Shown here: positions 30,170-40,072 of the stretch, piece after piece
How positions within the stretch are numbered: position 1 is the first letter of the stretch
Layout: each line of letters begins with the position of its first letter
Virus record (IMG/VR): IMGVR_UViG_3300007609_000011
Location: 1 to 64,000 of that record
Strand: one strand, 5' to 3'
Length of the DNA stretch: 64,000 nucleotides
DNA from: an uncultured virus (IMG/VR IMGVR_UViG_3300007609_000011)
Lineage: Duplodnaviria > Heunggongvirae > Uroviricota > Caudoviricetes
Made by a program: the position numbers and the translations under genes
The notes under the pieces: generated by a model
Databases searched by the model: none
What the model was told of the DNA's origin: nothing
Seen by the model: the letters and a program-made list of their open reading frames with translations, nothing else

Positions 30170-30625
30170 TTATTCGTCCAACTGAGCGGGACGATTTCCA
30201 TATATTTGTTCTAGTGTTTCTGTGAGTTGCCTTGAACTGCCTACACGCACATTGATAATACCGTTATAGTATTCGTCGGTTTCCAATACTCGCCTGTCGA
30301 ACTGCTCTTTTGCCTCTAGATATGATAGGACGCCTCTGCTGGGACAGAAATGTAATATTTCTCTAGTGAATTTTTCTTCGCCTAGTGCTTCTACGTCAGC
30401 CTGTAACTTGTCTGAAGATCCCCAATAGAGTCTCCAGTCTGATTCTTTTGTTCCACGCCTACGATTTTTTCTGCCTTTGAGTGGGGGTTTTGAAGTTTTG
30501 AACCGTGCCAGTTTTTTGCCTATGTATTTTTTATTGTTTGTTAAGTTAGTAATTAGATATACGAAGCCTTCGCAATCTTTTGGTAATTCATCAATCACTT
30601 TTCCCTGATAGGTCCACTGGCTCAT
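30170..30625 (-). CDS. GIY-YIG (Seg-like) endonuclease, 151 aa
   Basis: GFVYLITN...KKYIGKK, YWGSS, conserved E (LEAKEQ) and YN motifs; start reassigned to MSQWTYQG at 30625. Confidence 0.85.
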   Translation of the reverse strand: MSQWTYQGKVIDELPKDCEGFVYLITNLTNNKKYIGKKLARFKTSKPPLKGRKNRRRGTKESDWRLYWGSSDKLQADVEALGEEKFTREILHFCPSRGVLSYLEAKEQFDRRVLETDEYYNGIINVRVGSSRQLTETLEQIYGNRPAQLDE

Positions 30626-30857
30626 GATTATATGTATCTTTAGCCGGTCTCCCATTCTTGCCGTTTCTGGCTTTGCGTCGCTCCGCTCGCTTCTCTTGAA
30701 TTTCTTTGCGCCTCTCCGAGGCATGGTTTCTAATTTCGCTGAGCGCAAGCCTAGCTTTTAATCCTGCATCGTCTGAACCTTTGTATTCAAAACGATCTTG
30801 CCACTTAAAATATTCTTGAAATGCTTCAATCATTTTATCGTGACTGTCAGTAGCCAT
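30591..30857 (-). CDS. Small basic protein resembling histone H1-like Hc1 family
   Basis: KGSDDAGLKARLALSEI...RRKEIQE resembles the GNKAAGxRARKA pattern of Hc1-like proteins. Confidence 0.55.
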   Translation of the reverse strand: MATDSHDKMIEAFQEYFKWQDRFEYKGSDDAGLKARLALSEIRNHASERRKEIQEKRAERRKARNGKNGRPAKDTYNHEPVDLSGKSD

Positions 30858-32632
30858 TACACTATATCCACATCCGTGTTGTAGGAAGTGAATCCATTTT
30901 CTTTAATCACTTTCAAAACTTGGCTGACTCTATTAGTTAAGTCATCTCTGTGAGATATTAAAAACACATTTTTGTCACGCTCACGAGTCATTTTTTTCAG
31001 CACACTTATGCTGTTTTCAACACCGTTCGCATCTAATCCGTTGTCAATCAGTTCGTCAATAAACAACAAGTTAATTGAGTGATACAGATTCTCCCACACA
31101 TCTCTAAACGCAAAACTTAAAGACAAGATTAATCTGTTACGTTCACCTCTTGATAGGTTGTCAAAATCTAAATCCTGACCCAGCTGTGTGATAATCACGC
31201 TGAGATCATTCTGAAACTCTACCAGGTGCGGCAACCCGGTCTTGTTCAAATAGTATGTAAGACGTTGGTTCAAAAATGCAAGATTCTGATCGATAATGCG
31301 TTTACGAATGTACGAATCTTTGTTTGTGAGCAGTTTGTATAAAAACTCTTGATGATCTTTGATTCGAGTAAGCTCGTTAACTGTGTCCCAGTTAATTTCT
31401 TGCATTGCGCTGTCTTTCAGTTCTGCAATCTGATCATCGTAAGGATTAGTTTCTGCATTTTTATTTTCTAATTCTTTTCCTAAACCGTCAATTGTAGCTC
31501 TATGATTAAGTGCTTCTTCTAATGTACTGTATTCTACATTAGGGCAATTACCGAGTTCTCCGATCAAAGACAATGCTTCAGCATAATCCTTCAGTTCGGA
31601 TTGTTGAGCTGTAACACGAGACTGATATTCAGCAACCTGTTCTGCTTTCTTCTCCATCATTTGATCGTGTTGCTCGTCATGAACATCTTGTCCGCAAGCA
31701 TGACACTTATGATCCGCAAGTTTTTCCAGTTCAAGAACCAACTTATCGTAATGTCGCTGATCGTTTTCCATTTGTGCAGTCAATCTAGCTACGGTCTTTT
31801 CAAGTTGTTCCTTTTCTTTCTTATGTTCACGCCATTGTTGCAGTGCTTTTTGATTTTCAATTTCTACATCAATGTCGATATGATCTAACACAGAAATACT
31901 TTTTGCAATGTCTTTAAGAGTCTGTGCTTTGTTTTCTCCCCAAAGGCGTTGCTTACGTTCCAAACTTTCAATGCTTTGCTGTATGCGCTCGTTTGAGGCC
32001 CTCACGGCGTCAATGCGTGTAGTCTCCTGTTGTATCTCGTCTCTAGTAAACTTAATTTGTTCTTTGAGATTCTCTGCTTTTTCGGAAAGCAGTGTGATCC
32101 CTAACAGTTCTTCGATGATCGCACGTTGATCATTGCTCCGCATGCTGAGGAAAGGTTCGGTATAAGTGTTCAACGCCACAAGATGCTTAAACATATCATG
32201 GCTCATACCGAACAGATTTTCAATTTCTTTCTGTGTTTCTCGGCTGTCTCCTTGTGATTCATCAGCATCTTCTGGTTTTTGCTCATGTCCATTTATGGTA
32301 AGCTTCAACAGATTAGGTTTGCGCCCTCGTTCGATATGATATTCTACACCATTTTTTTCAAATGTACAAGTAACCAGCATGTTTTTGCCGTTGATCTTGT
32401 TAATAAGATTATCTTTCTTAATATTTGTAAGTGCTGACCCGTAAATTGCATATGACAGCCCGTTTACAATAGTTGTTTTTCCCGTGCCATTCCGTGCGCC
32501 ACCGTCATCACCACCGAGATCGAGATTTTCGCCTAGCACTAACGTAAGATGCCCTTTGTCGAAATCGATAGCTTGTGTTTGATTTCCGATACTCATAAAA
32601 TTTTGTGCGGTTAAAGTTTTAATTTTAATCAT
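30857..32632 (-). CDS. gp46: Recombination endonuclease ATPase subunit (gp46, Rad50/SbcC-like)
   Basis: Walker A NGTGKT, coiled coil with CHAC zinc hook, LSRGE signature, FIDE Walker B, ISH motif. Confidence 0.95.
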   Translation of the reverse strand: MIKIKTLTAQNFMSIGNQTQAIDFDKGHLTLVLGENLDLGGDDGGARNGTGKTTIVNGLSYAIYGSALTNIKKDNLINKINGKNMLVTCTFEKNGVEYHIERGRKPNLLKLTINGHEQKPEDADESQGDSRETQKEIENLFGMSHDMFKHLVALNTYTEPFLSMRSNDQRAIIEELLGITLLSEKAENLKEQIKFTRDEIQQETTRIDAVRASNERIQQSIESLERKQRLWGENKAQTLKDIAKSISVLDHIDIDVEIENQKALQQWREHKKEKEQLEKTVARLTAQMENDQRHYDKLVLELEKLADHKCHACGQDVHDEQHDQMMEKKAEQVAEYQSRVTAQQSELKDYAEALSLIGELGNCPNVEYSTLEEALNHRATIDGLGKELENKNAETNPYDDQIAELKDSAMQEINWDTVNELTRIKDHQEFLYKLLTNKDSYIRKRIIDQNLAFLNQRLTYYLNKTGLPHLVEFQNDLSVIITQLGQDLDFDNLSRGERNRLILSLSFAFRDVWENLYHSINLLFIDELIDNGLDANGVENSISVLKKMTRERDKNVFLISHRDDLTNRVSQVLKVIKENGFTSYNTDVDIV

Positions 32633-33639
32633 AAGTTCTGATAGATGTCCAATAAGATTTTTTGATCGTAGTTGTCGCTTTCGATTTGGTTAAGTTGATT
32701 CATTACGATAGTATCTACACTTTCGAAACTTAGATCTACCGGCTCCGACTGTGAATCCAGTTCTACCTTTTCCGGAATCATCATTAATTCACGCAGTCCG
32801 TACTTGGGAATAAGTTCTTCTTTGATAAAGTTTGCTTCCTCAAACGAAATTTCAACGTCAATGGTTGCTCGAACATGCATTTTTTCTCGAAGAACTTTGT
32901 CTGTATCTACTAATAGGTCACTTAACTTCATAGTTCTATACACGGGCTGATCAGGCCATGCTTCGTACTCCGGAGCACCACCCCACTCTAGTGTCATCAT
33001 ACCGCGTTCGTCGTCCCAAGCATCAGCATAGTTGTGAGGAAATGCATTTCCCATATACACAATATTTCCTTTCTGCTGACGCTTATGAAAGTGCCCTGAG
33101 AAAACATATTCTTGATTTTTAAAATGACTGGCCCTGAGATTACCGTGGTCTGGCATCTGTACCATTGCATTCATATAAAAACTAGGCAGTTCAAGATGTC
33201 CAAATATATATTTTGAAGTATCTTTTTCGATTTCTTTCCACTCGTCTCCTACAAGCCAAGGCAAAATAGTAACATTGCCTTCGCGTAACGGTTCTCTGAT
33301 AGGAACAACATTAGGAAATAATCGCATAAACTCTACAGAGTTAATTTCTCGCTTGTCTTTGTAAAACAAATCGTGATTACCGAGGATAAAATATACTTTT
33401 TCAAAGTTCTGACTTAGCCTTTCGAGATTACTAAGAGTATAATTCATAGTCGATACATCTGTCGAACTGCGATTGTGATGCCAGTCACCTAAAAAGATAC
33501 AGGTTTCTGCACCTTTTTCTCGTGCTCTTTTGCAAAACCATGCTACAAAATCTTCACAGTCTGTATTATGCACACGGCTTCCACTTTTCATACCGAAATG
33601 TATGTCAGTGAAACAGGCCGCTTTTTTAAATAAGTTCAT
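32629..33639 (-). CDS. gp47: Recombination endonuclease nuclease subunit (gp47, Mre11/SbcD-like)
   Basis: Metallophosphoesterase motifs DIH, GD, GNHD, GH and GHFH. Confidence 0.95.
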   Translation of the reverse strand: MNLFKKAACFTDIHFGMKSGSRVHNTDCEDFVAWFCKRAREKGAETCIFLGDWHHNRSSTDVSTMNYTLSNLERLSQNFEKVYFILGNHDLFYKDKREINSVEFMRLFPNVVPIREPLREGNVTILPWLVGDEWKEIEKDTSKYIFGHLELPSFYMNAMVQMPDHGNLRASHFKNQEYVFSGHFHKRQQKGNIVYMGNAFPHNYADAWDDERGMMTLEWGGAPEYEAWPDQPVYRTMKLSDLLVDTDKVLREKMHVRATIDVEISFEEANFIKEELIPKYGLRELMMIPEKVELDSQSEPVDLSFESVDTIVMNQLNQIESDNYDQKILLDIYQNL

Positions 33640-33645
33640 AATTGT

Positions 33646-33674
33646 ATAATACCTTATTTTGTTTTAAAAATCAA
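33646..33674 (-). promoter_or_regulatory. Sigma70-type promoter for gp47-gp46
   Basis: TTGATT-N17-TATTAT-N6-ATG. Confidence 0.55.
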
Positions 33675-34504
33675 TCATTATCTTTGTCAGACGAACGATC
33701 GCCAAATGAATCTTGCCATTGTCTTGTCCAACTTGGATTCATACCGTTTATTTCAAGGATATCGTCACGAATGTTTTGATTTCGTTTTTCGATATTAATG
33801 ATCCTCACAAACGAATTTGTAACAGCGGCCGTATAATATGCAAAAGGATTATCCGATTTTGACTCGTCGAACTGTAATCCAATCTGTGTTAGTTGAAGGA
33901 TTGCTTGCCCACGCATTTCGTCGTTGTATGTATACCCTCGAACATTGCTTCGTGTTGCATATCTTTCGCATAATTTCATCCACATTTTTGCAAGTTCGTT
34001 AGTAGCTTGTCCGTGTTCTTTACAGAATTCGCCTTTTTCTAAATCTCCTTTCCAATGACTTTTACCTACACAGAATAAATTTCCTTCATCGTCGAATTTC
34101 CAGTGCTGGAACGGTGGAAAATTTACTTTTTCGTGATGATCGGCTACTGATTTGGGGTTTTTCTTACGACCCGGCGCAAGCGGAATGTGTTCGAACGTCA
34201 TAATACGAAATACAACATCTGTTTTTTGAATTTTTTTATAATCGATATCAAATTCTTTTGCAGGAATTTTTTTGTTTTGCTTCCTCATTTCAGCTTCGTG
34301 TGCTTGTTTAGCAAGTCTTGATGCTTGATTGCGTTTTGCATCTGCAATTGTTCTTATATTAATTTTATCTAAACTCGGAAGAATAAGATCGTACTGATTA
34401 TACTCTGGTTTTGTAAAACTACAATATGTAGTTTTGCTTTTATGAATTTCTCTTAGTAAATCACGATTATTTAAATACTTTACACGTGGGAATGGACTAG
34501 ACAC
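33671..34504 (-). CDS. gp55: Late-transcription sigma factor (T4 gp55-like)
   Basis: YLNN, RGYTYNDEM and FDESKSDNPFAYYT...NSF motifs; GTG 34504 with AAGGAG SD; adjacent to gp47/gp46 as in T4-like phages. Confidence 0.85.
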   Translation of the reverse strand: MSSPFPRVKYLNNRDLLREIHKSKTTYCSFTKPEYNQYDLILPSLDKINIRTIADAKRNQASRLAKQAHEAEMRKQNKKIPAKEFDIDYKKIQKTDVVFRIMTFEHIPLAPGRKKNPKSVADHHEKVNFPPFQHWKFDDEGNLFCVGKSHWKGDLEKGEFCKEHGQATNELAKMWMKLCERYATRSNVRGYTYNDEMRGQAILQLTQIGLQFDESKSDNPFAYYTAAVTNSFVRIINIEKRNQNIRDDILEINGMNPSWTRQWQDSFGDRSSDKDND

Positions 34505-34549
34505 AATAGATAATCTCCTTATAAGATTATAGTAGCATATTTTATCTAA

Positions 34550-34557
34550 AATAAATA
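34550..34557 (+). promoter_or_regulatory. T4-type late promoter box (AATAAATA) for the baseplate operon
   Basis: Upstream of AAGGAG and ATG 34582. Confidence 0.6.
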
Positions 34558-34581
34558 CCATAAAGGAGTAATTTTGGATCA

Positions 34582-35661
34582 ATGAGTAGACCAACAAATC
34601 CTCTTGCAGAACTTGTATCTAAAGTCGAAGAAGAAATAGGAGCCGCATCAAATGCCTTTAGCTCAGATTTACAAGCGGCAGGCGAACAATTTGCAAAAGA
34701 CAAAGCAGAATTAAGTAAAAAAATTGCAGAATTATCTGACGCCGTAGGCATTCCGGACATAGGAGATAATCTTACATCTCTTGGTGAAGAGGTAGGCGGC
34801 TTCTTTGATGGTTCTGGAAGTTCTATCCAAAGCAGTATAACTGACGGTATTTCTACATTACAAGAAACAACAGGTGCGATTAGTCAATTTACCAGCGATA
34901 TATCAGGTGCTTTAGACAAAGTAGGCTTAGGAGATATTGCTGGAGGATTGCAATCAGCGGCAGGAGCCGCATCGCAAGTTGCAGGAGTTATAGATGATGT
35001 TCTGAGTTTAAAAAGAGCTTCGTCAATACCTCCAGGTGCTGAAACATTTAAACAAAAATCTGACGCGATTGATGTAACAGTGAATTATGAAAATGATTGG
35101 CGTGTTAGGATTGATTGTGAAAGTTGGAATGCTTTTAACAGCCAACTATTTGATCAGATAAAAAATACAGGAGGAGTAGTATTTCCTTACCTTCCGGAGG
35201 TAAAAGTTGCGACTACAGCAGAGTATTCACAGATAGAACCGGTTCATAATAACTATCCGTTTCAGGCATACAAAAACAGTCGTGTAGATGACATTACAAT
35301 AAGTGGAGAATTCTCTGCAGAAACCGCTAAAGACGCAGATTATTGGTTAGCATCTAATTTGTTTTTTAGAACAGCAACAAAAATGTTTTTCGGACAAGGC
35401 GAAAATGCAGGAAATCCTCCTATAATTTGCAGGTTGCACGGATACGGAACAGGTATTTTTAATAATGTTCCTGTGGTTATTAAAAACTACAATGTAGATT
35501 TAGGATCAAGCACACAATACGTTAAAAGCGTAAATTATAACACATGGGTTCCTATTGTAAGCACTGTGAGTGTTACTGTTGCTCCGATATACAATAGAGA
35601 AAGATTAAGAAACTTCGATCTTGCAACGTTTGCAAAAGGCGGAATGGTAGGATACATATAA
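34582..35661 (+). CDS. Baseplate tail-tube initiator/cap-like protein (gp48/gp54-like)
   Basis: C-terminal tube-like fold motifs (FPYLP, ITISGEF, GNPPII, VPVVI); first gene of the baseplate cluster. Confidence 0.55.
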   Translation: MSRPTNPLAELVSKVEEEIGAASNAFSSDLQAAGEQFAKDKAELSKKIAELSDAVGIPDIGDNLTSLGEEVGGFFDGSGSSIQSSITDGISTLQETTGAISQFTSDISGALDKVGLGDIAGGLQSAAGAASQVAGVIDDVLSLKRASSIPPGAETFKQKSDAIDVTVNYENDWRVRIDCESWNAFNSQLFDQIKNTGGVVFPYLPEVKVATTAEYSQIEPVHNNYPFQAYKNSRVDDITISGEFSAETAKDADYWLASNLFFRTATKMFFGQGENAGNPPIICRLHGYGTGIFNNVPVVIKNYNVDLGSSTQYVKSVNYNTWVPIVSTVSVTVAPIYNRERLRNFDLATFAKGGMVGYI

Positions 35662-35961
35662 ATGGCAACATATTCTAAATTTAGTCCTTACAGAAACACA
35701 CCATCTAATGATTTATATCTAGAATTATTAGAAATTGTTCCAGTGCCGGCCGAAGATGATGATTTCTTTTATCAAATTGAAACACAATATACGCATCGTC
35801 CTGATTTATTGTCATATGATGTTTACGGAACTCCGAAGCTTTGGTGGGTGTTTATGCAAAGAAATATGGACGTTATTAAAGATCCTATATATGATTTTCA
35901 GCCAGGTACACAGATTTACCTACCTAAAAAACGAAACCTACAGAAATTTTTAGGAGTTTAG
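35662..35961 (+). CDS. gp53: Baseplate wedge protein (gp53-like, LysM-like)
   Basis: RPDLLSYDVYGTPKLWWVF...N motif. Confidence 0.85.
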   Translation: MATYSKFSPYRNTPSNDLYLELLEIVPVPAEDDDFFYQIETQYTHRPDLLSYDVYGTPKLWWVFMQRNMDVIKDPIYDFQPGTQIYLPKKRNLQKFLGV

Positions 35962-38322
35962 ATGGCAGATATAATAGAAAGAAGAATACAATCTAGCGGA
36001 AGCACTACTAATTTTAATATTGACAGGACTCAGCCTTCTCGTGTGATTACTGTTAACGGACAGAAAACCAAAGTCTATGGATCTAAGTCTCAACTAGATG
36101 CATACGAAGAGCAACAAAACAACAAAGCGTCGTCCACTTCAAATGTACAACAATCTACAGCAAACAGAATAACAGATCAACAAGGAGCCTCGGCGGTTTT
36201 TAATTTGTTTAAAGACGGTAAAAAGGAAAAACCACCTACTGATCCGAATAAAACTTCATCTGTGCCCGGAATAAATGTAGAAGCCGCAGTAAATCCTCTA
36301 GAACAATTTGCTTCTTATACAACTCTTTTTACTTTAGCGGCAATACCTCCAGAAATGTACAACGATCCAGAGACATATCGGAATGATCCTAGTGCTTTAA
36401 CAAATGTAGTGGTTGCCAGCGCAGGGAGGTTCGGCGATGCAAGACCTCAAACAGTTAACGGAACTCCGGAATTCTATATAGACAATGTTGAAATCGACTC
36501 GTTTGTTACAGGTTCGAAAAAGACAGGTAACAGTAATGCAGTTGGATTCAGTTTTGATTTGTTTGAACCATACTCTGTTGGACTGTTTTTAGAAAGTTTG
36601 CAGATAGCCGCATTACAAACTGGTGCGTATGCCAGCTATGGAGAAGCAGTATTTCTTTTGAAGATAGATTTTTTAGGGTATAAAGATACTGGGGAAACTT
36701 TTGAAGGTGTAAAATCAAAATATTTTACGGTTAAGATTAGAGAAGTTAAATTTGAAGTAGACGAATCTGGTAGTCGATATACCGTTAAGGCAATCCCCTT
36801 TAATCATCAAGCATACAGTTCTGTGATCAATAAAGTTTATACTGATATCTCTATAGTAGGCGAAGGCGTAAAAGAAGCATTATGCATTGGAGAAAAATCT
36901 CTAGTGAGTGTCCTTAATAGAAGAGAGCAAGATGCCGTTAAAAAAGGAACACAAAGTGTTGCTGATCAATTTACCATAGAATTTCCAAAGACCTATTGCG
37001 AAAAAATCAGCCAAGGTTCGGTCTCTAAAGATAATAAAGCGGTTGTTCATCCATTGTATGGGTATCCAACTACTACTTCTGTTGGATCTAATTCTCAAAC
37101 TGGTATATCGGAGTTTGGAGATAACAATATAGGCTCTAGCTCGTTTGGGTTCAGCTCAGCAAACGGCGGAAATTTTGTAATGCCAAGAGAAGCAGATGTA
37201 ATAGATTCTGAAACTGGCAAGGTTAACAGAAATTCTATGATTATTGATCCTAGTAGAAGACAATTCCAATTCCCCCAGGATACATCTATCACAAGAATCA
37301 TTAATGATATTGTGTTAAGCTCTGAATATGCCGGAGACGCAATAACTAAACCTTATTCTCCGGAAGGGTTTGTGAAATGGTACAAAATAGATGCACAAAT
37401 AGAACTTTTAGAATTTGACGACAAACGAGGGCAGTATGCAAAGCGAATTATATATAGGGTATTGCCTTATGAAGTTCATATTAGTATTTTCTCTAACACT
37501 CAAGCAGTGCCTCCGGGATATGAAGAACTAGAAAAACTAATAGCAAAACAGTATGATTATATGTACACAGGACAAAATAATTCTATATTAAAATTCGACA
37601 TAAACATTAATAATTTATTTTTTACAGGATTTAATCCGCAAGCCCCGCAAGATACAGGAGATCAACAAAACCCTAATCTTAAAGGTGGACAAGAAGAAGG
37701 TCCTGATATTGTAGAAAAAGAAGAAGGTATTGAAACTAGAGCACGAGTATCAAATACAGGAACTGTGAGACAACAGCAAGATCCAGAATTAAACAATATC
37801 AATACTTCAACAGGATCAGAAACCAGCCCCAAAGAATTAGTTGCAAGAAACTTTCAACAGGCATTCCTTAATAACAGCGGAGATTTGATTGATATAGATT
37901 TAGAAATTTTAGGAGATCCGTATTGGATAGTCGATAATTCGATAGGAAATTATTTTACCTGTCCTTCGTCAAATAAGCTGGTAACACAAGACAACACAGC
38001 TAATTTCGAATCCGGCGATTCGTACATTTATATAAGATTAAGAACACCGAGCGATGTTGACCCTGATACTTCTCTCTACAAGTTTGCCAACGAAGGAAAA
38101 GACAGTCCATATTCGGGAATTTACAAAGTTGTAAAATGTGTTAACAACTTTTCTAACGGAGTGTTCACACAAAAATTAAAGTGTCTAAGAATGAGAGGTC
38201 AAGCTATTGATTATGACGGTAGTTTAAATATTGATCCTTCGTCAACACCACTATATAACTACAACGGTAAAAAACCGCCATCAACATCGATTGTCGATGA
38301 TGATTTAATAAGTCCATTTTAA
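35962..38322 (+). CDS. Baseplate hub protein (gp27-like)
   Basis: Lies between gp53 and gp5; LEILGDPYW and YSGIYKVVK...FSNGVFTQKL C-terminal motifs. Confidence 0.6.
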   Translation: MADIIERRIQSSGSTTNFNIDRTQPSRVITVNGQKTKVYGSKSQLDAYEEQQNNKASSTSNVQQSTANRITDQQGASAVFNLFKDGKKEKPPTDPNKTSSVPGINVEAAVNPLEQFASYTTLFTLAAIPPEMYNDPETYRNDPSALTNVVVASAGRFGDARPQTVNGTPEFYIDNVEIDSFVTGSKKTGNSNAVGFSFDLFEPYSVGLFLESLQIAALQTGAYASYGEAVFLLKIDFLGYKDTGETFEGVKSKYFTVKIREVKFEVDESGSRYTVKAIPFNHQAYSSVINKVYTDISIVGEGVKEALCIGEKSLVSVLNRREQDAVKKGTQSVADQFTIEFPKTYCEKISQGSVSKDNKAVVHPLYGYPTTTSVGSNSQTGISEFGDNNIGSSSFGFSSANGGNFVMPREADVIDSETGKVNRNSMIIDPSRRQFQFPQDTSITRIINDIVLSSEYAGDAITKPYSPEGFVKWYKIDAQIELLEFDDKRGQYAKRIIYRVLPYEVHISIFSNTQAVPPGYEELEKLIAKQYDYMYTGQNNSILKFDININNLFFTGFNPQAPQDTGDQQNPNLKGGQEEGPDIVEKEEGIETRARVSNTGTVRQQQDPELNNINTSTGSETSPKELVARNFQQAFLNNSGDLIDIDLEILGDPYWIVDNSIGNYFTCPSSNKLVTQDNTANFESGDSYIYIRLRTPSDVDPDTSLYKFANEGKDSPYSGIYKVVKCVNNFSNGVFTQKLKCLRMRGQAIDYDGSLNIDPSSTPLYNYNGKKPPSTSIVDDDLISPF

Positions 38323-38332
38323 GAGAGCATAG

Positions 38333-40072
38333 ATGTCAATAGAAACCAGACAGCCCGACGACAGTAATAATAAACTCAAAGAATCTCCTTACCTTGCTAA
38401 GGTAGTCGGGCATCTTGATCCTTCATTCGGCGGAGGGTTAAAAATACAACTATTAAGGACACAAGGCAATCCTGCTTCGGACGACACTACAACTTATACC
38501 GCAAAATATCTTTCTCCGTTTGCAGGAAATACCGCATTAGAATTTAATGGATTTAATAAAGATAGTTTTGACGATACTCAAAAATCTTACGGAATGACAT
38601 TTATTCCCCCGGACGTTGGAAACACAGTTGTTGTGATCTTTATAGATGGCAACATAGGAAAATGTTACTATCTAGGATGTGTATCTGGAACATTTGTGAA
38701 CAATATGATTCCAGGAATCGCCAGTAGCGACAAGTACGAAGCAACACCCGAACAAAAAGCCAAATACGGAAATGTTGATCGACTTCCTGTAGCAGAAATT
38801 AATAGAAAAATTTACAAAGACGCTAATGGATTAGAAGTAGATCAAGTTAAACGTCCGGTTCATCCTATTGCAGATAGATTCTTAGAGCAAGGTACTCTAG
38901 AAGATGATGTTAGGGGCCCAACAACCAGCAGTCAACGACGAGAAACTCCTAGTAATGTATACGGTATATCCACGCCAGGACCTCTCGACAAAAGACAAGG
39001 AAGCAATCGAAAAACAATAGGAACTAAACAAACCAAAACACTGTCGCCTGTTCCTGTTAGCCGATTAGGTGGAACCCAATTTGTAATGGACGACGGTGAT
39101 GACCAATTTCAACGTGCAACTCCTGCGAGCGAAGGACCGGTAGTTTATAAAGATATACTCGCCGGCGAAAAAGGTGATCCGACAATACCCTACAACGAAC
39201 ACGTAAGAATACGAACAAGAACAGGTCATCAAATTTTATTGCACAACAGTGAAGATTTAATTTACATTGGCAATGCCCGCGGAACTACTTGGATAGAATT
39301 AACTTCAAATGGAAAAATAGATATATTTGCAGAAGATTCGATATCTGTACATACAAAAACTGATATGAACTTTTATGCAGACCGTGATATTAACATGGAA
39401 GCTGGTAGAAACGTTAATATTAAAGCCAGTGCCGAATACAGTAAATTAGCTCCTACAGATGAAAAAGGCCTCATCAAAGATGCAAAAGAATACGAAAGTG
39501 GTAGAATACAACTAGAAAGTGCTTTCAATACAAATATTCTTATAGGTGCAAACGGTAAAATTGAAACAAGAAAATACGTGAACGAAAATAGTGAAGAAGC
39601 GGATGGTAATTTAGATATTAACATTAAAGGTAATACTAAATTAGCAACTGGTACTGGAGATGTCGAAGAGGCATACAGGTTAGATCTAAACACAGATGGA
39701 AATGTTTTTATTACTACAACAGGAAGTTTAGATTTGTACTCAGAAGACAATAATAAGTTTACGGCGGCATTAGGAGCGACAGATATATTAAGCGGAAGTA
39801 ACCATACAGAAACTGCCTCGGTTATTCACATGAACGGTCCGCAAGCCGCTGAAGCCGTCCAAGGAGAAGTGGCAAACATTGTTACAGATCTAATCACGCA
39901 TGATAATTTAGTTACAAACAAAGATCTAACATGGTCTTCTAGTAAATTTATAGAATCGTATACACTAAAAAGTATTATGCGTCGAATACCACAACACGAA
40001 CCTTGGTTGTTACATGAAAATCAGGCACCGCAAAGTGTTGCGCCTGACTTTACAGATAGGGAGTTAGAATAA
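38333..40072 (+). CDS. gp5: Baseplate central spike (gp5/VgrG-like)
   Basis: N-terminal OB fold (PPDVGNTVVVIF), RTRTGHQI..HN and beta-helix repeats; no lysozyme domain evident. Confidence 0.8.
   Translation: MSIETRQPDDSNNKLKESPYLAKVVGHLDPSFGGGLKIQLLRTQGNPASDDTTTYTAKYLSPFAGNTALEFNGFNKDSFDDTQKSYGMTFIPPDVGNTVVVIFIDGNIGKCYYLGCVSGTFVNNMIPGIASSDKYEATPEQKAKYGNVDRLPVAEINRKIYKDANGLEVDQVKRPVHPIADRFLEQGTLEDDVRGPTTSSQRRETPSNVYGISTPGPLDKRQGSNRKTIGTKQTKTLSPVPVSRLGGTQFVMDDGDDQFQRATPASEGPVVYKDILAGEKGDPTIPYNEHVRIRTRTGHQILLHNSEDLIYIGNARGTTWIELTSNGKIDIFAEDSISVHTKTDMNFYADRDINMEAGRNVNIKASAEYSKLAPTDEKGLIKDAKEYESGRIQLESAFNTNILIGANGKIETRKYVNENSEEADGNLDINIKGNTKLATGTGDVEEAYRLDLNTDGNVFITTTGSLDLYSEDNNKFTAALGATDILSGSNHTETASVIHMNGPQAAEAVQGEVANIVTDLITHDNLVTNKDLTWSSSKFIESYTLKSIMRRIPQHEPWLLHENQAPQSVAPDFTDRELE

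Noticed and set aside
29690..30625. Group I or group II intron carrying the GIY-YIG gene
   Set aside because: No interrupted host gene flanks it, and I could not find group I P7/R/S or group II domain V consensus. A divergent ribozyme is not excluded.
18506..34597. Extended N-termini in the ORF track (18580, 20107, 23700, 25330, 30748, 34597)
   Set aside because: They overlap neighbouring genes or leaders; downstream starts fit better on SD, promoter or gene-packing grounds.
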